DNA of 58,545 nucleotides, counting the filler, from Asterionella formosa (taxonomy: Eukaryota): NCBI GenBank assembly GCA_002256025.1. It is 9 parts of 9 records of this genome, joined end to end, with 100 filler letters (N's around TTAATTAATTAA, not from the genome) between each part and the next. Parts side by side here need not be neighbours in the genome. Positions count along the whole stretch, not along the records: positions 13,068 to 19,495 come from NKIB01012711.1; positions 19,596 to 26,022 come from NKIB01012712.1; 7 more parts are not named here. One strand, 5' to 3'. Shown piece after piece: positions 13,193 to 25,907 of the stretch. The first letter of the stretch is position 1. The number at the start of each line of letters is the position of its first letter. The translations under genes and the position numbers were made by a program. The notes under the pieces are model-generated. The model was not told where the DNA came from and did no database searches. It was given only the letters and a program-made list of their open reading frames with translations.

Positions 13193-13448
13193 TACAGAAC
13201 ATTTACATAATGGATTGTTCTATTTTGATATACCTATCAAGGATTGTGTTTACACACGGAGCATTAAAGCTGCTAACTATACAGATACGGAACGCTGCTG
13301 TTATGGCTGAAATAAATTTATTTAACCATAAATCATCCAACGTAATTCCAAATGAAATGGTCTGTTGAAGAAACTGACTTATTGGGATATCGATAAACTC
13401 CAACCGACCTCAAATTTTAGATTTCAAAATTAAAAAATGATTTAAAGG

Positions 13449-14368
13449 GAACTCGTCCATTTGTCTGGCTACCTATGCATACATCAACAAGCTTTTGAAT
13501 CAATGAAAGCATTATTAGTTGCAGATACACTCATGCGTTATCCAGATCTTTATTTTCCTTTCCATTTTTTTACTAACATTTCTGATTTTCAATTAAGAAA
13601 GTATTCCTACATCACTATTGGATCCTATTATTAATTGGAATCATCAGATGTTAGCTCATATGTGTATGACAAGATGAAATGCTACAGCTTGTACACATTT
13701 TTATTACCCTCCATTAAAAACAAGAGTGGAACATATTGCAAGCATATGTGAAGCATCTAAAAACGTACAAAATTACCTGGTGCTGGTTTTTGGTGAACTT
13801 CCACCAAGGAATGCACTGTTATTACAGTGCTCAGAAGTCACAGTGGATTTCATTGGTCCATGGAAGATAACAGTGGCTGCACAAGCGATTGAATTTCGTG
13901 CTCCAACTTGAGTTAACACAGTCACTAGTTTACTAAAAATTTCACGTATCAATAAAAAGACATCAGAATATATTGCGATGAAATTTGAAAATGGTTGGTT
14001 AGACAGAGATTTCCGTCCAGAAGGTTGTTTACATGACAATGGGGGTGAATTTACTGGGATTCCTTTCATGCACATGTTAATGTTGAATGGAATTAAAATT
14101 GGGACTATTACAGTCAAGAATCCACAAACAAATGCTATCTGAGAACGTTTACATCAATCTATCAGTAACAGTCTATGTACGAGCTATGTTAAAGGCTCAT
14201 CCTCCAATCAAGGAATTTCAAGTTCAGAAGATCATGGATGCCAGTTTGCTGCATCATATGCAGCTCAAGCTACTATTTATAGTACATTGCGTATTTCACC
14301 GGGAACATGGGTTTTCCAACATGATATGATATTAAATATACCTTTGATTACAGATATGCAATTGATAT
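13449..14368 (+). mobile_element. Third, more decayed Gypsy fragment (RNase H start joined to integrase)
   Basis: Matches about 36850-37000, then 8065-8670 and 37540-38090; FGELPPRNALL, VDFIGPW, HDNGGEF. Confidence 0.88.
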
Positions 14369-14369
14369 T

Positions 14370-15365
14370 GGGATATCCATGTCGATAATAGATTGGAAGC
14401 AACAGAAGATAAAATTGATAAGAGATCAATAATCAAAGGAATGAAATGCTGGTGTCAAAATGAATTGATAGCTCAAGGAACTCTGGAAGTTTGTTCACAT
14501 CACAGCTTATTTGACTTTCTGGTAATCAAAACGATAGGGGGAAAAGGGATGAAAGCATATTATTGCTGGAAGAGAGGTCTTAACTGTGCTGGCATCCTCG
14601 ACTTGTTCTGAGGTGTCATTGACTAAGGTCAGAAGAGTGCTGGTGACAGGCTTTGGCAATAAACAAATGAGCAATGATGAATCAAATGGTAGATTAAGAG
14701 TTGAGACAAGAGGAGAATCTTGGATTGCCAATGCAGTAGAGATCAGAGGAAAATGAAATTCCTAAAGCCTTTGGTCAACGATGGCAGAGAGTTTGGGCCG
14801 CAGCAATAGAAAACAATTTCTTGGAATTTCTGGATGATCTTGGGGTCTTCAAGGTGACAATTAGAGGACTTAAAGTTGTAGAGAGGGACAGGAAGCTGGT
14901 GGGAGGAAATATAAGCAGTTGTTTGACAAATATGCTCTCAGAGGCGCGCAAAGTTGGCGAAATTCGTTTCCTCAGGAAGGAACAGGTGGATTTTACCAAT
15001 TTTTGCTGTGGAGTGACCAGCAGGTCTAACAGTGAAAACTGAGCATGAAAAAGAGTGGAGAAGGAGTAAGCGAAAGGAGCGGCACTTTGCAAAGGGGACA
15101 TGGTGACTGAGGAGGAGGGTGTCAGTAGCAGTGCTACAGACTGCCAACATATGCTAAGTACTTAAAAAATAGAGGACAGTCGGGATTGTAACCCGGAACG
15201 TTCAATGTTGCGATGTTGAAACTATGTAGGAACCTTAATATATGATTCCTGTTTATCTGCGTCTTTATACTATTGAGTCACTGTGTCGATTGACGATCAA
15301 CATGTTATCATGAAATCTAAACAGAAATAGACATTACAAACTTACATAGAAAATTGATATAAATA
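14370..15365 (-). mobile_element. Possible decayed LTR retrotransposon 5' region (LTR end plus gag-like remnant)
   Basis: Minus strand reads ...TTCAACA at about 15216, followed by a broken pyrimidine-rich reading frame; no diagnostic motif. Confidence 0.3.
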
Positions 15366-15369
15366 TTGA

Positions 15370-16140
15370 TTGATTTGCTATATATTTAGTCAAAAAAAGC
15401 AGTCACGCATTCCCTGGACAAACGCATTGTGCATTTCTAGACACTTTCGAGCAAAAAGTGTAGGGGACCGTGCCCATGCTGTGGCAGTCCAGAGCAAAAC
15501 GAACATATGCTACTATGCCAGAACACAAAAGCAGTCTACCACCAGGGAGGTTGGGTCACAGCTATGATGACACAACTGCGTCGACATCAGGGGGGACAGG
15601 CAACAACTACAATCGAGATTGGACTACTGAAGCACATCATGCAGGCAAAGCAAGGACAGCATGTACCAAAATTTCCTCCAAACACGCCAGACTTTACAAA
15701 AAAGATACTCCATCACGAGGAGGCGGTGGAACACCAACTGAAACTGGGCGCCAAGCTCACTCTCTGGGGATATGTGAGCAGAAATGGACAAGCGCATTCA
15801 GCACTTCCACAGGAAAAACCTTACAACAGAACAACATGGACACCAATGGGGCAGAACGGCAATATCGCAACTCTGGAAAGTCAGCCATAGCGCCTGGACA
15901 GCGAGGAATGAGGAACTTCACAGAGAAAAATACGCAGATATCAGCCAATTGGCACAAAATGAAAGTATCAGGAGAATATACATGCTTGAAAGTGAAATAT
16001 GCACCTGAGATAAACACATTTTTGGCACAGAGCTAGAAATCCTGCTGAGATTGAGAATTAGCAAAAAACGCATGTTCTAGGAGAGAGCAGACTTCCTAGT
16101 AGTGGCTGCATCAAGAATTTTCGCGGCAACAGACCAAACA
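15370..16140 (+). mobile_element. LINE C-terminal Cys-rich fragment, similar to 3966-4541
   Basis: PCPCCGSPEQNEHMLLCQN and QWGRTAISQLWK parallel CPMCGNRETNEQIIEC and SWATSAIHQLWK. Confidence 0.75.
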
Positions 16141-16144
16141 ACAC

Positions 16145-16950
16145 TAAGGACTTATTTCCTCAACAGCGGCCAAAATATTGGAAGCGGAATTCGCACGTGC
16201 AAAAAACGTTCTCGTAGACTTAGTCTGGCGTAGGTATGTTTTGCTGCATAATTCTCTTTCCAAAAAGACTCCAGGGTAAGTTCCTGCGACTCCACACATA
16301 TTCTGATTAATTGAATTGAATGCACTCACCGCTCTACTAGTAGATTGGCTGAAGTATTCTTGTCTTGTAAAATCATGCCAGCCACCACACTTGCTTGAAC
16401 AACAGGTATTAGATGTATTGTATACCAGTAGGGAAATCAGTACTAGCTTCATCCTGCGGTCTTCCATCATCATGAGTCGAGATTAGGTACCTGGTACAAC
16501 CAGTATACCAGTACTCCGGTATTGATTTATATTAAAATCACATGCAGCAACGAAGATTCAATATAAACGTATAAATAGTATCATGAGTATACATATTGGC
16601 ATACTCCTGATTTATAGATGTGTTAGCAAAATTATTTCTCCACAGAGCAACATAAATATATTTAAATGCTTACTGGTAAATATCACTTTGGTTTGTTTAA
16701 AATGGAACTCTATCAGTCTGGTGCCGATTCCGATTTAATTCAAATATTCAAATGGACACTCAAATCATGGGATTTAAAAAACTCCTTGTTCCATGCCTTT
16801 TTCCCAGCCCTAGCAATATTTACTCCAAACTAGGGCTAAGCCTGGGCCCCAACCTAAAAGACAAGTTTTGCTGTGGACTTCTGTCACATTTATCATCAGA
16901 CTCGCCCCGCCCATTGCATGAAAATGAGCTGAGTTATGCATTGGGTCGCC
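16145..16950. repeat. Unclassified non-coding dispersed repeat of about 0.8 kb; inverted homologue at about 23780-24565
   Basis: aaaacgttctcgtagacttag and atttaattcaaatattcaaatggacactc occur as reverse complements in contig 4. Confidence 0.8.
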
Positions 16951-16953
16951 GTC

Positions 16954-17430
16954 CTATAGTTTTTGCAAAATAATTGTTACTAATGCATCTGTCTTCACAT
17001 TAATTTGTGCTTCATATGATAAGTGGGCTCTTTGATTATCATTCTGACATGATTTTATCCACTTGATGTGCCCTGTTACTGGGAGCACAGTGATCATACT
17101 AGCAGAGATGGAGGACACTATGTCTGATTTTGCTGGTGGTCTTCCTGGATGTCTTGCCCATGCCAAAACATTTTATCTTGCTAGCAAGGCAGCACTGTCA
17201 CTCGTCCATATGGTCACTAGAGAGACTGTCTCAATGTCATGAAGTCTAAATGTCGTGAAATTTAATTGATGTTATAAGAAACAGCAAACTTGATGCAATT
17301 CCGAATCATTCCGCCTCAGCTATTTGCTGTTTTTTTTTCGTCCACTGGAATGGAACACAGAGCAATAGTTTCCCTTGTTGTTTTCTCAAGTCTTGATAAT
17401 CTTAAACACCACCCCAAATAACTGAACGAA
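16954..17430 (-). mobile_element. LINE RNase H fragment
   Basis: IWTSDSAAL and HIKWIKSCQND...EAQINVKTD parallel the RNase H at 4760-4985. Confidence 0.65.
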
Positions 17431-18002
17431 TATTGCAGTGCAGTATGGGCGCGTGGGTGAGCGTACCGTGTCATACGGTACAGGGTACTAACTAGCCGTT
17501 AGAGTGCTTTAGCGATAGAACAGCGTGCAAGCTTGGAGCAGCGAATGCGCTAGAATGGCGTAGGTTTATATATCTTTAAGTCTATCTTTTCAACCTTTAT
17601 CTTTCTTTCCTTGTGCACCATGTAAGTTGTTTTGCCGACCACACTAGCGTATTTATTCGGTTTATCAGACCCATGCTCTACCGATTACCACTTGAGTTAT
17701 CTATGAATCGGAGAAGAGCGTACAGTGCGAGCGATTAGGAGCGTCGAATTCGAACCATCGAGACAAGGCGTCTGGCATTACGTGTTCGTAACGAATTTTT
17801 TCATATTCAATATTTAGTGTCACGTGTGCGTACCGAATTTGGATGATGACGATCATTCGCAGGCGTCGGTGACCGTGTGCACTCGAGCTGTACCGACGGG
17901 TATCCGCAGACGACCAGCGAGCAATAGCGATTGTGGCCGGAGTTGAACTGATCACTCAACGACGGCATTGGCGTAACTGTGCTGCCTGCACACAAGTACT
18001 AT

Positions 18003-18096
18003 TCGTTACAGCGGGAATCCACTGACGACATGCGTTTGCGTTTGCGAAAATCGTTACAGCGGGAATCCACTGACGACATGCGTTTGCGTTTGCGAA
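18003..18096 (+). repeat. 48-bp tandem duplication in the element 5' UTR
   Basis: tcgttacagcgggaatccactgacgacatgcgtttgcgtttgcgaa occurs twice. Confidence 0.97.
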
Positions 18097-18136
18097 TTAC
18101 TACCATTCTCTTTTCCCAGAAAATCTACTCATTATC

Positions 18137-19495
18137 ATGGCGGATAACTTGGTCGGAGTCGCCCACGTTCTGTTGGCAATCGGTTTTGAGGTGGCTGTCG
18201 AACGTACAAATATCATGGCAGCGGGTATTAGCGAGTTTGAGGATTTCCGTTATCTAGTCGAAAAGGACATTCGTGACTTGGCGGACGAATTTGGGAAGCG
18301 TAGCATGGCAAACGGAAAAATTGTTTTCGGACTTGGACGTACAAAGAAATTGACAGGTGTTATGCATTGGGTCCAGGATTGTCATCGAGTTAACGACGTT
18401 CTGGACCACAACGATTTCAATGTTGAGATTCTATATCAATTGTTGAGCCTTGCGCAGATCAGGAAGTCCGACATAGATCTCGTGGCTACTAATTCCAAGG
18501 CTGCTGATCCGGGAAAATTCATAGATGAGAGGAAGTGGCCTGAGTGGGAAAAGGCCTTTATCAACTACTTGGCTGTCATTCCCGGCGTTAGCGGCATACC
18601 GTTTTCTTATGTGGTAAGAGAAGCGGAGGATCCCGAAGCTGAGGCCGATTATGGCTCATTCAACGAGCGCATGATCCATCGTGCCCCCCTTAACGGTCAG
18701 TATTACATTGCGGATGCGAGACGTGTGCATACACTGTTACTTGGTTTTCTACAGGGCGAACAGACAGAAAATTGGATTCGTTCCATCTCTCGTTATCAGG
18801 ACGGTCGTAGGGACATGGTCGCGTTGAGGCGGCACTACACTGGCGAAGGAAATTCCACACGTAGGATTGCCGACGCCAAGAAGATTCAATCATCCCTCCA
18901 CTACAAGACAGAGCGTGCGTTACCTTTTAACAAGTTCTTGGATACAATACAACGTATGTTCACGATCTTCGAAGAAGAGAACGAGCCTTTGTCCGAAAGA
19001 GCGAAAGTAGACGAGCTATTGTCCAAAGTGCAGAGCTCCGGCTTATCTGCCGCAGTCGCCCAACTCAGATACCAGCTCAATACAACCGGTATTACCTTTA
19101 CCGTTGCAGCGAACCATTTAAACTCTGAGGTGTCACAGACGCCTGATTATCAGCTATCCAGACGAATTAACGCAACAAACACAACCGGCCGTGGCGGACA
19201 TCGTGGCGGAGGCCGCGGCGACGGTCGTGGCTTCCAGGGTCGCGGTGCCGGCCGCGGTCGCAGAGGTCGCGGCGGGCGCGGAACCACTCCACAGAAAACC
19301 ACTTACTACTCAACAACAGAATGGGAAAAGCTTTCATATGAGGAGCGTGATCGAGTCCGAAAGGAATACGACAAGAAAGGAGAGCAAGGCGGATCGAAGC
19401 GTACCATTTCCGAGATGACAACAAAGCAACTTGCTTCCGCCATCATCAGTTCTATCAAGGCAGCAGCACTTAGCGACTCCGGAACATGCGATGAC
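18137..19495 (+). CDS. Uninterrupted Gag of a diatom-type Copia element (3' cut by contig end); LTR and 5' UTR probably 17435-18136
   Basis: 453 open codons; KWPEWEKAFINYL..IPGVSGIPFSYVVR, DGRRDMVALRRHY, RGG-rich nucleocapsid-like tail and YYSTTEWEKLS, typical of diatom Copia Gag. Confidence 0.8.
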
Positions 19496-19595
19496 NNNNN
19501 NNNNNNNNNNNNNNNNNNNNNNNNNNNNNNNNNNNNNNNTTAATTAATTAANNNNNNNNNNNNNNNNNNNNNNNNNNNNNNNNNNNNNNNNNNNN

Positions 19596-19722
19596 AGTAG
19601 CATAATATTTCAAAAAAGTAACATAATATTTTAGAAAAGTAACATAATATTTTAAAAAAGTAGCATAAATACGTCACTTTACACATAAATTCGAAAAAGT
19701 GCCGTAAACGGCGTCTTAGATG
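19596..19722 (-). mobile_element. End of a related CATCTAAG-TIR DNA transposon with 21-bp subterminal tandem repeats, inserted in Copia RT
   Basis: About 3.5 copies of agta.cataatattt.a.aaa, then ttcgaaaaagtgccgtaaacggcgtcttagatg; the Copia RT frame stops here. Confidence 0.75.
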
Positions 19723-22700
19723 AGGCATGGGAAGTTTGGATGGTTTCATGTCCATCCAAGCATGATTCTGGAGGAGTTTGCGGATGTATGTACCACAGTG
19801 GATAGTGATGAAATTGCTAGTTTGAATGATATCAATACCGTTGTAATGAGTAAGTAAACCCTGTCGTTTCATAGGAAAAAGGAGTTTGCTATCAAGGGCA
19901 TCACAGATGTGGGTTTAAAGTAGCAAGTCATTGGTTGCAATGCATGGCAAAGTCATCAACTTGTCGAAGGAAAAGTACATTTTCATTGGAGATTGTAGTA
20001 CGGTAGAGGCAAGGAGCATGAACTGTGGGGACAAATTGTATTCCTCCTCCAAGATGGTATCAATGTGGCGGGACCATTGGTGAGGAGCTTCAGGATGACC
20101 TTGTAAAATCTTTCTTATACTAGGAATGACATAACTGACTGGAATGGGTGGATGACCTTTGCTAGCCCACCACTCACAGTATTGGGTATCAACACGCATG
20201 TAATACACCTGTTCAGGGGCAGTGGCTTCAACAAAGGCATTGGAAACATCAGCACCAAAGACCAATTTTTTCTCAAGAGCATCAAGTGCAAAGAAGAGAC
20301 ACATATCCGTCATCATGGCTGTCAGGGGTGGGTGCATATGTGGGACCATGAACTTGAGCTTGGCCCCCACGAGTAGAACCATCACAAACAGCCCTAGACT
20401 TTTTTCGGTTTTGTTCTTCTTCCTTGATTTTGTATATCCATACCCAATGAAAGATGGAAACATCAAGAGGAGGAGGGCAAGGATCACCAAACAAATCCTG
20501 CTGTGCGCGCATATTGATCTAATTGGTGGAACTCAGCAGCAAGCCATTCCCACCAGTCAGGTTGGGTTTGAAGGCCTTTTCGAGTTAAACGACTGGCTTT
20601 AGGGAAAGAAAAATCTGTGTGCAAGCTTTGTTGAATTTTACGTATATCTCGAAGTTGGTCAAAATATAATTGAGGTAGGAGACCCTGAGCTGAAAGAGTG
20701 TTGTGGATGTCATCAAAGCTAGGCTAAAAGAGATGTTGCAGGTGGAGGCATGGGGAGAAGTAGTACGCGCATGAGCAATGGCAGAGACCAGATCAGTAAT
20801 GGTGGAAACAGGAACATCATTAACAGATGAGATATAAGCAAAGCGAAGACGAGAGTGCCAGCGACTGATGCGGGCAGCAGGTGTCGTACCAGGGGTGCAG
20901 GATAGCAAGCAAAGGCGTCCACGAATGGGATCAAATTGAACTTCCAGGCCAGCTGTGATATGTGTCCCCGTGATCGGAATAGATTCAACAAAGCTAAGGC
21001 CAAAAGGATTCCCAGACAATTCAATTGACATCACTTCTGGAGCAGAAAGGGCAGCAGCGGCAGCAGTGGTAGGATGATCACCAGAAGAAGGAAGGCATTA
21101 GAAGGAGGAGGAGGAGGTGTGAAGTTTTCACCAAAGGGTAGGGGAAAAGTACATGCACGGAGTGGAGGAATCATAGGTGCACACATAGGAAAAAAGGGTG
21201 GTTCAGGGACAACAGCAGGAATGGTTGTGGATAATGGCTCAGTATGGGGCTCCAGGATAGTAGGTCGGTGGAGACCAAGGTCAAAGAGAAATTGAGGTCC
21301 AGGAGGGCGTTTGGAAAAGGTAAAGTGGGCTTCATCAAAAGTGAAGCTGCTACCAATCTTGATACGACCGGAATGAATGTCCTCAATATATAAAACATTT
21401 TTATCAGAACCAGAGTACCCAAGAAAAATGCCATCATTGTAGGTATGCCGATCCAGCTTAGCAGGGCGAGCACCAGGAATACGTGCTGTGATAAGGGAGC
21501 CAAAAACACGTAAGTGGGATAGATCAGCCAGGTGGGGAACCATTCCAGGATTCAAAAGGAGTACACTGAAGTGAAGAGTGCCAGAGGCGATTCTTAAGGT
21601 AGACAGCATGAACAAGTGCAGCACTCCAGTATGTTGGGGGAAGGCCGGCAGAAAAGAGAAGAGAGCGGACCATGACACCAAATGTGCCATTGAGGCGTTC
21701 AACTTTCCCATTTTGATGCGGACTGTCACTGCCAGTGCTGGGTTCCATAATATAACCAGCTGTGGAAGTAACGTTACGTAAGGCATCAGCTCGCCATAGT
21801 TCACCGCCTTGATCAACACGGAGAGCACGGCAGCCATCACGAAGACCAAAAGTAGTCAGGAATTTGTGAACAATATCAACTGGAGGAGATTTGGTAGCAG
21901 TTAAGAATACCCATGTTAAATGTATGAATTTGTGAACAATATCAACTGGAGGAGATTAGGTAGCAGTTAATAATACCCATGTTAAACGTGTTTTGGCATC
22001 AGTGATCAAGAGATAGGAATCATAGCCATCATATGAATTCACAATACGGGGAGCACCAACTTGGTGCTTCTGAAAAAATTGATAACTGGCATGCATGAAA
22101 CCAAAATCCAAATGAAAACGGGAGCAAGGAAGGAGATCATCAACAGAAGTGGTTTGGCCCATGGTGTTACGGCAGGCATGTGCTTGACTGCAGATGGGAC
22201 AATGATGGAGTGGGTGTATAAGGTAATGGAGATCAGAAGGAAGGCCAGTGCTGAATTGTTGAAGATGGCGAAGTTGATGCATGCCAGGAGGACCAAGTCG
22301 TTGATGCCACAACTTTGAGCTGAGAATAGGAGATAAGCGGTGTGTAGTGGGCTGAAAGGAAATGTGGTGGAAGTAAAAGAGATTATTTGATCTAGTCAAG
22401 GGAGCAATAACTGAGAAGCATCCAGAAGGGTGGGCCATAGCAGCGAAAGTATGCCTGATCAAGGTCCCGGCAGCAAATATCAAAGCCAGATTAATTGTTG
22501 GACGTTTGAGTCGTGCAGATGTGTTGCGGGGACAGAAGAGTCTCAGACAACTGAGGGCAGTAGTACCACATGATGACAGGGGTGGTAGAACCATCAGAAA
22601 ATTGGAGTGGATGTGCCAGTATGAGTTAGGGAGGGAGTACTACTAGGAGGATGCTGTGCCAGGACCAATTCCAAATTTGGGATAAGGAGAGAAGGAGGGA

Positions 22701-23780
22701 CATGGCAATCAGGGGCCAGGTCCTCAACTGCTTCAAGCTGTACTTGTATTGGAAAGGAATGAAGATCGAGTTCACGAAGGAAGTGGAGAGAGAGTGCCCG
22801 GCTGGTATACTGGCGGTCTTTGGATAGCTCACCCTGCCGATATGCTAAGCAAGAGAGCAGAAGCAAAACTGACAGGATCAGCAGAATCTGAGTACAAGGG
22901 CAAAGGTGCAAGGGTAGAGGTGGAGGAGTCGGCAGCATGGGCCAAGAGAGCATGCAAGAAGTAATACCCAGCTAAATTGCTGTCAGAAGTCCAATATGTG
23001 ATGTGCTCAAGGTAGAAGAGATTGAGAACCTGATTGGAGAGGTCTACTAGTGCAGCCTTTGATTGAAGTTTCAAGAGGATGAGACTACCCATTCAAATAC
23101 AAGTGGGATAGGGAGATTATGAGGCCACAGGGCACGTCCCTTTTGAGAATGTCGCAAAGGGCACAGGTAAATTTGAGTGGAGGTAGCCTGTTGGGTGAAC
23201 TTGCGGTATCAGTCATGAATGGCAGAGGGAGTGGAGAGACACAGAGTTGGCAGATCTGTAGTAGTCAAAAAAATTTCTTGTCAAGCAATGTTGATTGCAT
23301 CCTTGAGAGCAGAGGATTGCTAAAGGGAATGAGCAGTTAAGAGTGCAACAGTGTCAGAACGACGACGTGCAAGGTCTGTTGAATCTGCCAACAAAATTGC
23401 ATCATGGTGGTAGGAATGTATGTATGCATGACTAGGAGATGGGGAATGTTGAGAGCCTGTGCCACCCCCAGCCAGCATGAGGGGAATGGTGTGGTGGAAG
23501 GGGCTTGGTTGTTATAGGTCTATCAGGAGGAATGGTACCAGAAGAGGAGTGAAGCTGGGAGGGATGATGATGCAGGGGGAGATAAGAAGATGGAGAAAGT
23601 TTCAGCAGAAAACTCATTAAGAACCCAATCAAAATGATTACCTCCAGTATCAGAGGACTGGGAAAACCAAGCAATGAGCCCCATCACAGTATCACTATCA
23701 AGCCAAGAATCCCACAGAGGATCAGCAAGGAGAGAGGCATGTAAGAGAAAGTCAGCTGTGTCATCGCTCTCCACAGTGGA
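19723..23780 (-). mobile_element. Decayed Ty1/Copia polyprotein (integrase, extra domain, RT)
   Basis: LWHQRLG...CPIC, FHLDFGF, QNGKVERLN, GIFLGY (integrase); WVWIYKIK, RAVCDGS, GADVSNAF, LQGHPEAP (RT); many frameshifts. Confidence 0.9.
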
Positions 23781-25247
23781 TGCGGCGCAATGCATGCTGA
23801 AACTTAATTTGAGTAAGTCGGGGATGACAGGTCATGAAAATATTGATGGAGTCAGGAGCCAGTCCAGCTTTGAAAAAGATGTCCATAACTGAACCAGGAG
23901 AATAAGAGGGAGAGGTGGAAGTGGTGGCCATTTTGTTTTGTTTTGTAATTAAGGTTGTGGCCCCGGCTTAACCCTAGTTCGGAGAAAACATCAATAGGGT
24001 TGTAAAAACGGCAGGGAACAAGGAGTTTCCTACTATGAATTCCGATTATTCGAGTGTCCATTTGAATATTTGAATTAAATAGGAATCGGCGCCAGATTGA
24101 TAGAGTTGGATGAGTATGCCAACATGCATGCTCATGGTTCATGTTTATACGTTGATATTGAATCTACGTTGCTGGATGTAGTTTCAATATCACTCCACGC
24201 ACAAAGGCATATACCGGTATGTAAATCAGTACCGGAGTGCTAGAGTAACGGTATTTCGACCGGTAGTACTGGTACTGATTTTGCCAACCAGTATTCAGTA
24301 CATCTAATACGTGTGGTTCAAGTGTGGCTGGCGAGATTTTACAAGACTGGGATACTTCAGCGAATCTGAAGCAGGTGAATAAATTCAATTCAACCAATCA
24401 GCAGAATATGTGTAGTGACGTGGGAACTTACCCTGGCGTCTTTTCGGACTGAGAAGTATTCAGCGAAACATACCTACGCAAGACTCTAAGTCTACGAGAA
24501 CGTTTTTGCACGTACAAATTTTGATTCCAATATTTTGGCGACTGTTGAAAAGCCGATTGGGTCGACTTTTTGGAGGAGGATTGCTCTACATCTACGGGGT
24601 TTCATGAAGAATGAAATAGATACCCGTGTACCCTATAACGTCAGGATCGTAGATTTTTTTAAAAGCTTGATGGCCCCCTTTTTTGACTATTTTTTGGATA
24701 GTTATGATTCCAAGAGGGATAACTGCCACTTCTCTCCAGAAATGAGGTCCTTCCCATATCTGTATATATATCATACCCCTAAGTCGACCCATGACTGTAT
24801 CTAAGCATATGCAAAGTGGTCATATTGGTGAAAGCAAATTTTACCTTGAACTATTTTATTTCGTTGCTCGTACTGTGTGGATTGAAGTACATAATAAAAT
24901 TATTTTGGAAAAAAACAGACCTCGTGATGTGTAACTGTGGGGCCGCAACCTTAAAGAATTGAGTAGAGGGGGAAAAGGAAGGCCAGCAAAGGGAATGTGA
25001 ATGTGTATGAAGGGAGGACTGAACGAAATAAGTGGACTTGCCAAAGTTGTTTAGAAATAGCGTTGGTGGAGTCGTCATGTTACAAATTATTTTTATCATA
25101 ATAAAAATATTAAAAGTAATGATAATTATTCTAATAATATGCAATATTAAATGACAATGATAATACTTTTAGAAGAGTCGACTTCTATATTATCAGTAAA
25201 TGTGATGACGATTATATATTGTTTCCGCTATTCTGATTGGTGGAGAC

Positions 25248-25466
25248 AATCTTCGTTTGCCCGAAGATTACCGTAATCTTGCTTCGGGAAACGAAGATTG
25301 TTCAAGAAAATACGAAGATTGGGTCAATATCGGGGATGACCCCCGAAATATTCGGGCGAACGAAGATCAATCTTCGTAATCGGGGGGATTTGCGAGTTAT
25401 TTAGCCAGTAAAGGACAAAATGCGAAGATTAAACGCCCAACAGGTATCCGGGCGACTCAATCTTCG
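25248..25466. repeat. Cluster of CGAAGATT/AATCTTCG octamers in both orientations
   Basis: Perfect copies at 25248, 25262, 25292, 25313, 25369, 25423, 25459 and a near copy at 25361. Confidence 0.85.
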
Positions 25467-25846
25467 TAATTCGGGGACTGTAAGACGGAAAGCAATACAT
25501 AAGAACTGTCTTTTACCGAAACTCACTACCGTACCGTAATTGGTAAAATTAAACCAAAGTTGTATTTTCCCGTAGGCCTCTGGTATGTGTCTACTGGGAC
25601 ATTTTAATACTGGCACGGTATTGATCTGAAAATACTAGTGGAAGCACCGTGTTACAACAGTATTTGCCAGTAGAAAAATTAAACCCGGTTTAACTGGGGG
25701 TTTAATTTTTTGGTTTAATTAAACCATAACTGTACGCACGATCATCGTAGGAATATACACTGTACGAGTACATAAAATTAGCTATTACACTGTCCTGGTA
25801 CCGGTAGTACACACAAATTAAACCCCATCCTCATTCATGTACCATT

Positions 25847-25907
25847 GGTACTTGGTACTTGGTACTTGGTACCTGGTACCTGGTACCTGGTACCTGGTAC
25901 CAGGTAC
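25847..25907. repeat. Heptamer tandem array (TGGTACT)n(TGGTACC)n switching to CAGGTAC
   Basis: About 9 units read directly; the same motif is scattered in all nine contigs. Confidence 0.95.

Noticed and set aside
19540..19872. ORF-track proteins running into X/LIN (also 11661-13019, 18137-19543, 32350-32592, 51868-52104, 52101-54284)
   Set aside because: Their ends are produced by the spacer; the LCYFFKI repeats are a translated 21-bp DNA repeat.
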